41,938 nucleotides of DNA, taken from the NCBI GenBank assembly GCA_038242765.1, contig JBBSRT010000001.1, forward strand, positions 1-41,938. Direction: 5' to 3'. The stretch's first letter is position 1. Each line of letters opens with the position of its first letter. This DNA comes from Propionibacteriales bacterium (GTDB lineage Bacteria; Actinomycetota; Actinomycetes; Propionibacteriales; Nocardioidaceae). The notes under the pieces are model-generated. The model saw only the letters and a program-made list of their open reading frames with translations. It was not told where the DNA came from and searched no databases. A program made the position numbers and the translations under genes. Positions 8,799 to 19,500 of the stretch are shown here, in pieces.

Positions 8799-10142
8799 GT
8801 GAGCGACAACGATGATCCACAACGGCGACGATCATCTCCAGCTGGCAACGCTTTCGTGCGCACGGCGAGGCTCGCTTCACTTCCGGTGGGTTTTGCCGGC
8901 CGCACAACCTTGGGCGTTGGCAAGCGGCTCGTGGGAACCCCTGCGAATGTCGTCCTGACCCAGGTTCAGCGCCGGACCGCCGAACAGATATTCACCGTGC
9001 TCGGCGAGCTCAAGGGTGGGGCGATGAAGTTCGGCCAGGCCATGAGCATCTTCGAGTCGGCCCTGCCTGAAGAGATCATCGGCCCCTATCGGGCAACCCT
9101 TACCAAATTGCAGGACGCAGCGCCACCGATGTCGGCGCGCATGGTTCACCAGGTGATGACGCAGGAGTTCGGTATCGATTGGCGAGCCAATTTTCACGAA
9201 TTCGATGATGTCCCGGCCGCGTCGGCCTCGATCGGGCAGGTACACAAAGCCGTCTGGAGTGATGGCACCGCCGTGGCCGTCAAGATTCAATACCCCGGCG
9301 CCGGGAAGGCGCTGCGTTCCGACCTTCGACAAATCGGCCGCGCTGCCCGCTTGTTCGGCATACTGGCCCCCGGGCTCGACATCAAGCCATTGATCGCTGA
9401 ACTCCAAGAACGCGTCGCCGAAGAGCTCGACTACTCGTTGGAAGCCGGCGCCCAAAGCATGTTTGCTGATGAGTTCCGAGGCGATCCGGCAATTGTTGTG
9501 CCCGACGTGGTCACCCATACCGAGCAGGCGTTGGTGACGACATGGCTTGATAGCCCCTATTCGCTTTCGGAGGTGATCACCAATGGCACGGCAAAGCAAC
9601 GGGACCATTTCGGCGAAATTTATGTACGGTTCCTCATTGAAGGACCCGCACGTACCGGCATGCTTCATGCCGATCCACACCCGGGCAACTTTCGCATCAT
9701 GGCCGACGGTCGCATCGGCGTCGTCGATTTCGGCGCTGTGGCGCGGCTGCCCGAAGGACTGCCGTCAATCATTGGCGAACTTTTGCGTTATGCAGTTGAT
9801 GATGACTATGCGAGTCTGGTCGACGGCCTGCGGACCGAGGGTTTCATCCGTCCGGGCGTTCGGCTGGATACCGAGACGATCGCGGCTTATATCGCGCCGT
9901 TTGTCGAACCTGCAAGGTTTGAAGAGTTCAGCTTCAGCCGCGATTGGATTCGCGAGCAGACGTTGCGGATCACCTCGCCCAGTTCTGAAGGACTTGGCAC
10001 TGCGCTCAAGATCAACTTGCCTCCGGAATACCTACTAATCCACCGCGTATGGCTGGGCGGCATCGGCGTTTTGAGCCAGCTTGGTGCGACGGCGCCATTC
10101 AGGCAGATCCTGATCGATGCGTTGCCGGGGTTCGATCGCTGA
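8799..10142 (+). CDS. ABC1/UbiB-family atypical kinase (Rv3197-like)
   Basis: Motifs seen: AASASIGQVHKA, HADPHPGNFRI and VVDFGAV. The GTG at 8799 avoids overlap with the preceding gene, but the start is uncertain. Confidence 0.85.
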   Translation: MSDNDDPQRRRSSPAGNAFVRTARLASLPVGFAGRTTLGVGKRLVGTPANVVLTQVQRRTAEQIFTVLGELKGGAMKFGQAMSIFESALPEEIIGPYRATLTKLQDAAPPMSARMVHQVMTQEFGIDWRANFHEFDDVPAASASIGQVHKAVWSDGTAVAVKIQYPGAGKALRSDLRQIGRAARLFGILAPGLDIKPLIAELQERVAEELDYSLEAGAQSMFADEFRGDPAIVVPDVVTHTEQALVTTWLDSPYSLSEVITNGTAKQRDHFGEIYVRFLIEGPARTGMLHADPHPGNFRIMADGRIGVVDFGAVARLPEGLPSIIGELLRYAVDDDYASLVDGLRTEGFIRPGVRLDTETIAAYIAPFVEPARFEEFSFSRDWIREQTLRITSPSSEGLGTALKINLPPEYLLIHRVWLGGIGVLSQLGATAPFRQILIDALPGFDR

Positions 10143-10156
10143 CGTCATGAGCCAGG

Positions 10157-10173
10157 CATCGCGGGCAGCGATG
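10157..10173. terminator. Weak hairpin in the 38-bp convergent gap
   Basis: CATCGC-gggca-GCGATG, between the ABC1 kinase stop and the uvrD2 stop. Confidence 0.25.
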
Positions 10174-10180
10174 ACCGACC

Positions 10181-12223
10181 TCAGTTGAGGAGCGAGAGCA
10201 GCTCTTGCCCGTAGCGGTCGAGTTTAGTTTTGCCGACACCGGTGATGCGGGCCAGAGCAGACAGATCCTGTGGACGTTCTTCGGCAATGCTCATGAGGGT
10301 TGCGTCGGTAAATACGCAGTAGGCAGGGAGCTTTTGCACACTTGCTTCGCCGGTGCGCCAGTCCCGCAGCAATTCGTAGAGCCCCTCGTCGTAGGTCGAT
10401 GGGCAGTCTGCGCAACGCCTCCGTTTGCGGTCATCAACTGTATAAAGTACCGAATTGCATACTCGGCAACGCGTCACCCTGCGTTTTTTGGCAGGCCGGT
10501 CCGCTGTGTTTGAGGGATGGTCGTTGGGCAACAGCGGGTCGAGGAACCGGGTTGCCTTGCGGTTGCCGCGACCACCTGGATTGCGGCTTGCAGCCCACGA
10601 CACCGACAGGTGCGCGCGGGCGCGGGTGATGCCGACATAGAAGAGCCGTCGTTCTTCCTCGACCTCGCTGTCGGTCTTGGCATGTGTGCTGGGAAGCATT
10701 CCCTCATGCATACCGACACAGAAGACAGCATCCCATTCGAGTCCTTTGGACGAGTGAAGCGTCGCCAAGGTGACACCTTCAGCGGCCGGTGCATGCGCAT
10801 TGCCGGCGCGGCGTTCGAGGTCCTCGACGAGGCCAGCAACGGTTGCATCGGGCTTGTCGGCAGCCAAGTCCTTGGCCATCGACACCAATGCGTGTAACGA
10901 CTCCCACTTGTCGCGCACGGCGCCGGCACGTGCTGGTGCTTTGGCAGAATAGCCAATCGTGCCCAGCACCGTCGTGATCTCGGCCAACAGGTCATCGCAA
11001 GAGCCCGAGCGTGCCGCGCCGCGAAGCAAGGTGATCGCCTGCCGAACCTCTGGGCGTTCAAAGAATCGTTCGACTCCCCGCAGTACGTAGGCGATGCCGT
11101 GCTGACCGAGCGCCTCTTCAAAAGCCTCGGACTGGGCGTTGATACGGAAGAGGATCGCCATCTCTCGCAGCGGGACACCCTGATCGCGAAGCGTGATGAT
11201 TTGCGCGACGGTGCCGTTCGCCTCGGCCACTTCGTCGGGATAACCGTGCTAGGACACTGGCTGCCCGTCGTCTTGCTGAGACCGTAGACGCACGCCACCC
11301 ACCGATGAGCCAACGCGCGAGAAAGCCGCGTTCGCGGCCGAGATAATTTGTGGCGTCGATCGATAGTTGCGTACGAGCTCGACTCGCTTAGCTCCCTCCT
11401 GGCGGCGGGTGAACGAGGTGAGGTGTTCAGGTGATGCGCCGGCAAACGAATAAATGGTCTGCAACGGGTCGCCGACGACGCAGATGTCATCACGGCCACC
11501 CAGCCACTGCTCAAGCAACGCTGCCTGCAACGGGTTGACATCTTGATATTCGTCGACCACGAACCACCGGTATTGACGCCGCACCTGTGCGGCAACGCGT
11601 TCATCCTCGACAAGGAGAGCTGCCGTGCACAGCAGGATGTCTTCCATGTCGATGCGCCCGCGGTCGCGTTTGACTTCCTCATATGCGGCGAACACCGTGG
11701 CTGTGGTGACCGCATCAAGAGAGCCCGCCTCCCGGCCTACCGATGCGCTAATCGCCGGATAGTCGACGGGTTTGACGTTGCTGACCTTGGCCCACTCAAT
11801 TTCTGCGGCAAGGTCGCGCAGGGTCGCCGCATCTGCACTGATCTGACAACGCCGTGTCGCTTCGTGCAGCAGCGGAATCTTGGAGGCGGTCAGCTCGGGC
11901 AGTTCACCGCCGAAGACGGTGGGCCAAAAATATCGAGCTTGTCGCAAAGCCGCCGAATGGAAGGTGCGCGCTTGCACACCACCGGCACCCAGGACCCGCA
12001 GCCGGCTGCGCATCTCCCCTGCCGCTCGCGTCGTGAACGTCACGGCGAGAACCTCGGTGGGCTTATAGACGCCGATCGCGGCCCCGTAGGCGATGCGGTG
12101 GGTGATCGCCCGAGTCTTGCCGGTGCCAGCCCCGGCCACGACGCACAACGGGCCGCGAAGCGACGTCGCTACTTCTTTTTGCTCCGGGTCGAGACCAATC
12201 AGTAGGTCGTCGGCAGCAGGCAC
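10181..12223 (-). pseudogene. uvrD2: UvrD2-type helicase interrupted by one in-frame TAG (two ORFs, 11249-12223 and 10181-11230)
   Basis: The N-terminal ORF carries AGAGTGKT and VDEYQD. The C-terminal ORF carries LFYVGITRAR, the tetracysteine CRVCNS...CADCPS and an HRDC-like tail. The two ORFs are in the same frame, separated only by TAG (11251-11249) plus 6 sense codons: ...GQPVS*HGYPDEVAEANG... Confidence 0.8.
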
Positions 12224-12299
12224 GGAACTCCTTCGGCGGGAATAGTGGACAATGAGTTGGTGTTGCAGTAATTAGCCTAACCGTCGGAAGGGACACAAT

Positions 12300-12542
12300 A
12301 TGTCGTCGCAGTTCACGCTCTACTCAACACCTTGGTGTGGCTACTGCCATCGCCTCAAAGGCCAACTTCAGCGCGAAGGCATCGTCTTCGATGAGGTCGA
12401 CATCGAACAACATCCTGAAGCCGCCCTTATCGTCGAAAAAGCCAACAACGGCAGCCAAACGGTGCCCACCTTAGTTTTCACCGACGGCAGCGCACTCTCC
12501 AACCCCTCGGTCGCCCAAGTGAAGGCCCAGCTCAGCGCGTAG
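12300..12542 (+). CDS. Mycoredoxin / glutaredoxin-like protein (Rv3198A-like)
   Basis: 80 aa with the active site WCGYCHRLK. GGAAGGGA precedes the ATG. Confidence 0.85.
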   Translation: MSSQFTLYSTPWCGYCHRLKGQLQREGIVFDEVDIEQHPEAALIVEKANNGSQTVPTLVFTDGSALSNPSVAQVKAQLSA

Positions 12543-12550
12543 ACGCCGCC

Positions 12551-13408
12551 TCAGGACCAGCGGCCAGCAATATTGCCGCCATGCCACTGTCCGATGAGCC
12601 AGCTTGAGATCGACACATTGGCTGGTGTCAGGATCTGGTTTGCCGCCGACAATGCGCTGAGTTCGTCGCGGCTGAACCACCGTGCTTCGGCGATCTCATC
12701 GTGGTCGACCGTGATCTTAGTTGACTTGGCCTCGCCGTGGAAGCCGAGCATCAGGCTGGCAGGGAACGGCCAGGGCTGGCTGCCCGCATAGACGACGTCG
12801 CCGACGTCGACGCCGACCTCCTCCATGACTTCGCGGCGCACCGCGTCGTCGGGTGCCTCGCCGGGTTCGACGAATCCAGCAAGGGTCGAAAACCGATTCG
12901 GCGGCCATGAGGATTGCCGACCCAGGAGTGCCCTGCCGGTGTCGTCGGTGATCAGCATGATGACCGCCGGGTCGGTGCGAGGGAAGTGCTGGGCTCCGCA
13001 GTTGCCGCAAACGCGCGTATGACCGGCTTGCGCCACCGTTGTCAAGGTGCCACATCGTGCGCAAAAGCGGTTGCTCTGGTGCCAGCGCGACAACGCCACC
13101 GCTTCAACGGCAAATGATGCGTCGTCGGCGATCATCGTCGCGCTGAGCGCGCGCAGACTCACCGGCATCAGCGCGGTGGGCACCCGATCAACCATGACGG
13201 CGGCGAAATGTTGTCCGTCTTTGACACCGAGGAAAATCCAGTCTCCGTCGGGCGCATCGTCAAGGCTCAGCCAGCGCAGCGCACCATCGCCATTGGTGGC
13301 GACGTGCTCACCGCCAACAATCATCACCTTGAGCGCAGCGGTGCGCCACTTGCCACCGCGCAGGTGCGCGGCCCGATCGTGCCTGGCTCTCGAAAACGCA
13401 AAGTCCAC
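12551..13408 (-). CDS. nudC: NAD+ diphosphatase NudC
   Basis: It has the zinc ribbon CARCG...CGNCG, the Nudix box GFVEPGEAPDDAVRREVMEEVGV and the motif SQPWPFP. The GTG start is 10 nt after the adnB stop. Confidence 0.85.
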   Translation of the reverse strand: MDFAFSRARHDRAAHLRGGKWRTAALKVMIVGGEHVATNGDGALRWLSLDDAPDGDWIFLGVKDGQHFAAVMVDRVPTALMPVSLRALSATMIADDASFAVEAVALSRWHQSNRFCARCGTLTTVAQAGHTRVCGNCGAQHFPRTDPAVIMLITDDTGRALLGRQSSWPPNRFSTLAGFVEPGEAPDDAVRREVMEEVGVDVGDVVYAGSQPWPFPASLMLGFHGEAKSTKITVDHDEIAEARWFSRDELSALSAANQILTPANVSISSWLIGQWHGGNIAGRWS

Positions 13409-13417
13409 GTGAGAAGC

Positions 13418-16400
13418 CTAGAACCTGAGTTGTGTGGTGAGTTGTGAGCGGTCGGGCAGGTCATCGAATTGCACGACCTTGCCAAGACGTACGTAGTAGA
13501 ACGCGGCGGTAACGCTGGTTGGATCGAGGTCATTGAGTTCGGCCCATGCGAGCCGGTAGATCGCAAGTTGCAGCTCGTCGGCTGTGGCGACCTGATTAGT
13601 CTTCCAATCGACCACCTCAAAACCATCAGCAGTCTCGTACACGGCATCGATGCGGCCGATGATCTGCTGACCGCCGAGCAGCAGCGAAAAAGGTGCCTCG
13701 ATGGCGAAGGGTTGACTGTCGCCGTATGGCCCTTCTTTGAACGCTGCGATCAGCTCGTCGAGATCGGCATCACCGCCTACGTCGGCATCACCCCTGCCGG
13801 GAAGGTCGGCCGGGTCCAGCAACGACTGCTGACCGAAATGGGTTTCGACCCAGGCATGAAACTTAGTGCCGAAGCGGGCCGCGGGCGAGGGTTTGCGCGG
13901 CATCGGTCGCGCGAGCTCACGAGCCACCGCGGCTTCGTCTTGCGCTAGGCGCAGCGCGGTTGTCGCGGACAGGGCTGCAGGCAGGTGGACCTCGCGGATG
14001 TTGGACTCGGCTTGGGCTGCTTCGTCAAGGAGAAGATCAATGTCGGCCCTCAAAGCCTCGAGTCGCTCCAACTGACTGACCTCCGTCTCAGTCAGCGTCG
14101 GTGCTGGCGCTGCCGGCGCCACGCCAGCGATGTGCGTGCGTACGAGTTTTGCCGCGCGACGCCGAGAGGAGCTGTCGGTGGACTCGACTGGCCACGCGAT
14201 GCGATCGAACCGGTCGAGGAACGGATTGGCCGCGTTGGCGTCGGGTTCGCTTTCCCAGTGGTCTACATCGAGCCCTCGACTGACCACCCAATCGTGCGCG
14301 GTGGCCAAGAACTCGGAGGCGCCGCGCGGCTTGATCTGCGTGCGGCCCCACCAATGGCCGCTGACGTGAAGGGCCCGTTTTGCGCGGGTGAACGCGACGT
14401 AGCCCAGACGCCGTTCTTCGTTGAGTCCATCTTCGGTGTTGACTGCCTTGAACTCGGCAACCCCTTTAGCGTTCCACGCGCCGATGTCCCGAAGGGTGTC
14501 GCAGTCGCCGCGTAGAGCCACTGGCAACACCGAACAACTGCTAAACCAGATGCCGCCGGACTGGTTGCTGGGAAAGACGTTCGCGGCCATGAACGGCACA
14601 AAAACGCATTCGTATTCGAGGCCTTTGGCTTTGTGCGCCGTCAGCAATTTGACCGAGTCGGCCTCGGACGGGGCCGAAACTTCCATGCCGGAGTTGTAGT
14701 CGCCTTCGGCTGCCAGATACGCGAGGAGTCCGCGCAATGATGCATAAGGGTCGGCCTCCACGTAGGAAGCGATTGCTTCGAGCACCAACTCGATGTTGTC
14801 CATGGCGTTGTCGGCTGGACCTATCTGCAGTTCGAGATCGAGATCGATGGCACGAATGACGCGACGGGTGAAGTCGACAAGCGGTTCGCCGATATGGGCG
14901 CGCAAACCGCGCAAAAGGCTGGCGACCTGACCGAAGCGCACCAGCGCCTCGGGCGAATAGGGCAGCGGCCCTGGGTCTTCGAGGGCGTCGGCCAGCGACA
15001 CAATTTCGGTGGAGTCGACTCCTTCGACAGCGCTCAGGAGTGCGGCCTCGAGGTCTGCCTTGTCGGCAAGCCCGTGGTGTCCACCGGTGAGGTGACCGGC
15101 ACGCTGGCCGAGCAGAGCAAGATCGCGGTTTCCGATGCGCCAGCGTGGACCGGTGAGAAGTCGTAGCATCGCCGGGTTGGCTGTCACGTCATCAACGACT
15201 TCGAGCACCGAAAACAAGTCTTGGGCTTCGGGCCGCGACAGTAGACCGTTGAGACCCACGACCTCGACGGGGATGTTGCGGCTGCGCAAAGCCGCGACAA
15301 TAGCGCCGATCTCTTTGCCTTCGCGGACCAGGACCGCTATGTCTTGCCAACCGATTGGCTCACCGTTGGATCCTCTTTGATTCTGGTGCGCAACGACGAT
15401 CCGGTCGACCACGCCACCGATCTCATCGTCGACCGTCTCATGAAGAGCGACGGTGACTTCGCCCTTGTCGTTGCCTTCGACAGCCCGCAACGGCGTGACA
15501 ACGTCGGTTGTGGCGTAGTAGGGCTTGGCCAAGGTGTTGGCCACGTCGATGATTGGCTCCGGACAACGTCTGCTGACCGCCAACGAATGCTGGACACCCA
15601 GCGACCCGTCGGCGCATGGGAAGTGTTTGCGAAAATCGGCCAAGTTGCCGGCGGCCGCACCACGCCAGCCATAAATGCCTTGGGCCGGATCGCCCACCGC
15701 AGTGACACTGTGGCCGCGACCGCTGCCGGCGTCTGCGCCCGAGAATAGGTTCTTGAGCAGATCGCGCTGCGCCACGGAGGTGTCCTGGTATTCGTCAAGA
15801 AGCACGACGCCAAAGCGATCCTTCAGGGCGGCGCCGACTTCTGCGAGCGCCGCCAACTGAGCTCCCCAGGCCATCTGGTCGGAAAAGTCCATGACGCCGG
15901 CTTCGGTCTTCGCGACGCGATAGCGATCAACAAGGTGACTGAGCTCAATTCGTTTGCCGGAGGTGGCAATCGTGGAGTCGCGTAGCGATCCAGTGAGCCC
16001 GCCGCGGACAACAGGGGTGGCCTCCATCTCGGCGATCAGATTCTGATCGAATGTCCGCAGACGCTCGGTCGTGACCAGATGTTCGGACAGTTGGCCGTCG
16101 AGAGCCATGACATTGCCGATGAGCGTGGGCACATGGGTTGTCACCACGTCCAGCGGCTGATCGTAGGTCTCGATGACGCGAGCCAGCCGTTGATAGCGCG
16201 ACGCATCTGAGGTGATCCGCAAATCGGGCTCGATCCCTAATCGAAGACCGTGTTCGGCGATTAGGGTGCCGGCAAACGCGTGATAGGTCGAGATGGTCGG
16301 CTCGCCGTCATCGCCCGGCTCGGGCACTATCGTCGCCAACGCCAGACGAACTTTTTGTCCGAGCTCGGCGGCGGCCTTGTTGGTGAAGGTGAGCCCAAGG

Positions 16401-16597
16401 ATCGACGCAGGGTCGATGCCGACGTGGCCGACCAACCAGACGACGCGCGCTGCCATGACCGTCGTCTTGCCTGAACCGGCGCCGGCGATGATGACCTGCG
16501 GCGCATCGACCGGCGCCGTGATCGCGTCAAGCTGCTCGCGGCTAAAATTGATACCCATCTTGTCGATCAGCCCCGCCTCCGTGTCGATGGCTGTCAT
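13418..16597 (-). CDS. adnB: AdnB-type helicase-nuclease subunit (UvrD-like motor plus RecB-like nuclease)
   Basis: Motifs seen: AGAGSGKT and LLDEYQDT. The C-terminal nuclease motif is GRIDAVYETADGFEVVDWKT. The ATG at 16597 overlaps the adnA stop (ATGA). Confidence 0.85.
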   Translation of the reverse strand: MTAIDTEAGLIDKMGINFSREQLDAITAPVDAPQVIIAGAGSGKTTVMAARVVWLVGHVGIDPASILGLTFTNKAAAELGQKVRLALATIVPEPGDDGEPTISTYHAFAGTLIAEHGLRLGIEPDLRITSDASRYQRLARVIETYDQPLDVVTTHVPTLIGNVMALDGQLSEHLVTTERLRTFDQNLIAEMEATPVVRGGLTGSLRDSTIATSGKRIELSHLVDRYRVAKTEAGVMDFSDQMAWGAQLAALAEVGAALKDRFGVVLLDEYQDTSVAQRDLLKNLFSGADAGSGRGHSVTAVGDPAQGIYGWRGAAAGNLADFRKHFPCADGSLGVQHSLAVSRRCPEPIIDVANTLAKPYYATTDVVTPLRAVEGNDKGEVTVALHETVDDEIGGVVDRIVVAHQNQRGSNGEPIGWQDIAVLVREGKEIGAIVAALRSRNIPVEVVGLNGLLSRPEAQDLFSVLEVVDDVTANPAMLRLLTGPRWRIGNRDLALLGQRAGHLTGGHHGLADKADLEAALLSAVEGVDSTEIVSLADALEDPGPLPYSPEALVRFGQVASLLRGLRAHIGEPLVDFTRRVIRAIDLDLELQIGPADNAMDNIELVLEAIASYVEADPYASLRGLLAYLAAEGDYNSGMEVSAPSEADSVKLLTAHKAKGLEYECVFVPFMAANVFPSNQSGGIWFSSCSVLPVALRGDCDTLRDIGAWNAKGVAEFKAVNTEDGLNEERRLGYVAFTRAKRALHVSGHWWGRTQIKPRGASEFLATAHDWVVSRGLDVDHWESEPDANAANPFLDRFDRIAWPVESTDSSSRRRAAKLVRTHIAGVAPAAPAPTLTETEVSQLERLEALRADIDLLLDEAAQAESNIREVHLPAALSATTALRLAQDEAAVARELARPMPRKPSPAARFGTKFHAWVETHFGQQSLLDPADLPGRGDADVGGDADLDELIAAFKEGPYGDSQPFAIEAPFSLLLGGQQIIGRIDAVYETADGFEVVDWKTNQVATADELQLAIYRLAWAELNDLDPTSVTAAFYYVRLGKVVQFDDLPDRSQLTTQLRF

Positions 16598-19500
16598 GAT
16601 GACCCTCGATCCAGAATCGTCGCACCTTCGGGCCACGCCGGACAGACGCGTTTAAAGGGGCAAAATTTGCATGCCTTGTCCGACGGTGTGGCGGCGAAGT
16701 CTTCGGAGCGAATCGTATGCACCGCGGCCCGCACTTGATCGATGGCAAAAAACGGGACCCCTACCGCCGGAGCGGGCTGTGATTGGACCTTTGGCATGCC
16801 GGGCGCTTTGACGCCGCCATCGCTACGAAGTTGGACAAGCTCGGCGCCACCGGACTTTGCCTGGCCGGCAGCAGGCGGCGCGGCGCCGTTGTCGATGGCG
16901 AGTTGATAAAAGCCCAGCTGGGTGTGCTCGGTCATCTCCTTGGTGGCCGGCGCCGTCTTGCTGGTTTTGAGGTCGATGACATGGACGCTGCCGGCTCTGT
17001 CGAGCTCGACGCGGTCCATCGAGCCGCGCAGGATGACTGTTTCCCCTTCAATGTCGAATTCGACCGCGAATTGGTGTTCGGCAGCCAACGCGAGGCGCTC
17101 ATTGGCCAGATGCCAGTGAGCGAAACGACTGATGGCTTCATGCGCGCTTTGCCGCTCCCGCTTGGCGATCCAGGGGGCAGCGAAGTGGAGCTGCTGCCAG
17201 ACGGTCTCAAGATGAGTCTCGAGCTCGGCGACATCGACTGATGAGTCATTGACAACATCGGCGGCAAGCGCATGCACGATCGAGCCGAAGCCCTGCGCGG
17301 TGGTCGTGCCGCTGCTGCCGCGCGCCTTACGGTCGAGGAACCAGCTCAGCGGGCAATCGACGATCGAACTGACCGTGCTGGCCGAAAGTGTCAGCTGCTT
17401 TGCTGGATCGCTGACCGGCTCGTCGCTGGCCGTCAGGTCGAGAACTCCCCACCACCGGTCGGGGTGCGCGCCCCAGGTGGCATAGAGGTCCGTGGCAGCC
17501 AGTCGGGCCAACAAAGTTGCGGCACGGTCGCGAACCAGCGTGCTCTGGGCACCCTCGATCGTCGTGCGGAGCTCGGCAATGGCGCCTCGCAGCGACAACG
17601 GTCGAAGCGGCCGGGTGAGCGGTGCTGGAACCGGTTTGTCAGCGGTGAGAAAAAGGAAGGTCTGGAGTTCGCGCACAAATTTCGAAGGCTGGTCACCACC
17701 GGCCGATGAGCTTTCGACGGCGGTGACCACAAGCCGTTGACGAGCTCGCGTGCACGCGACATAAAACAACCGGCGTTCTTCAGCAAGGGACGCCGACGTT
17801 GATGCGGATTGTCCCGCACCTCCGGGCATCAATCGATCAGCTTGGAGCAGCGAGCCGCGGTAGCGAAGATCCGGCCAGACGCCCTCTTGTACGCCCGCGA
17901 CCACGACTAACGGCCACTCCAGACCCTTGGATCGGTGCGCCGTCATGAGCCGAACAGCCGCGCCGCGAGCTCCGCTGTCGGTGAGCGTGTCGGCCGGAAT
18001 CTGTTGAGCTTCGAGCTCGTCGATGAAGTTGGTTATCGAGCGGCGTTGTTGTTGCTCTTCGACGCGGGCCGCCCGCGAAAACAGCGCACACAAAGCGTCG
18101 AGGTCTTGGTCTGCGCGCGAACAACCCTCACAGCCGGACTCGAACTCCTGACGCAGGCGTTTGGGCCACTCGGTGCCCGACCACAACGTCCAGAGCACAA
18201 TTTCGGGTGCAACTCGGTCGGCGATCTGATCGGCGGCTTTGCGCAACAGGCTTGCCAGCGTGTGGGCGCTTGCGATCGCGCTTGACCACTGGCCGCCGCG
18301 GCGAGCCAGCAGCCCCAACGCCACCGGATCGCCAAGTGCTTCAGCGATCAGCTGAACCGATGGCCGCGGCGATTCACCAGCATGCGCTGCGGCCTCACGC
18401 AACGCTCGACCAAGCCGGCGTAGGTCTGGCGCATCCATGCGACCCAGTGGCCCGGTCAGGACTGCTTCGGCCCTGTCATGCTCGATAGGCCGCCCGAGGC
18501 TCAGCGTCTCAGCCAGGCGCAGTGCTCCCAAGAGTGCTCGTACGGACGGCTCCGCGGCAAGCGGAACCTCGTCGCCGGCGATTTCGATGGGGACGCCGGC
18601 CGCATGGAAGGCACGCTGTAGTCGCGGCAGCGAAGCACGTCCCGATCGCACAAGGACTACCATGTCGCTCCACGGCACACCCCTATGAAGGTGGGCTTGA
18701 CGCAGGAGGAGCGCCAGATGTTCGGCTTCCGCAGCGGGTGTCGCGAACGTCTGGACGAGGATCTCGCCGGGAGAGATGGCCAACGTCTGCGGATTGCGAA
18801 AGCGTCTGAAAGCCTCTTCATCGAGTTGACCGGGCACGCCGACACGTCCGATGATGTGTCTTGTTGCGGCCAAAATCTGCGAACCGAATCGCCGCGTCGA
18901 AACAAGTGGAAGCATCGGGGTCGGACCGTCAGCGGTGGCAAAGTCCGAACGGAACCTGAAGATGCCACCGACGTCGGCGCCGCGGAAGGCATAAATCGAC
19001 TGGTCCGGATCGCCGACAGCGATCAGGTCGTGCCCGCCGCCGGCAATGGTTTGCAGCAACTGGACCTGTAGGGGGTCGGTGTCTTGGTATTCGTCGACGA
19101 GGACGAACCGATATCGGCGCCTCAGAATGTCGCGAATTTCGGGCTCCCGAGCGACCTCCAATGCCTGATAGACCAGGTCGACATAGTCGATCGTGTTGGC
19201 CTGTGCCGAGACCTCCAAATAATGCTCGAAGAACCTTGCCGCCGCGCGCCAGTCGTCGCGGTCAACGGCGTCACCGGCCTCGGACACCGCAATCGGGTCC
19301 ATGCCCAGTGATCGTGCCCGCGCCATGATGGCCTGCAACTCTTTGGCGAATCCGCGGGTGCGCAGCGCCGGGCGGAGTTGCGCGGGCCAGACGGCGGCTT
19401 TGGTGCCATCGACCAGTTCTTTGATCATCGCATCCTGCTCGGGTGCGCTCAGGAGTCGGAGCGGATTGGCATAGGCCTCGGCGTCGGAGAACTCGCGAAC

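Noticed and set aside
10143-10180. Expected whiB7 gene between the ABC1 kinase and uvrD2, as in mycobacteria.
   Set aside because: Only 38 bp separate the two convergent stops, and no WhiB-like Cys pattern appears in any frame nearby. The gene is simply absent from this locus.
12224-12299. RecA-NDp-like or DnaA-box-like TTGTCCAC upstream of uvrD2.
   Set aside because: The motif deviates at the R position and no TAnnnT lies at the required spacing. A single 8-mer match is within chance expectation.
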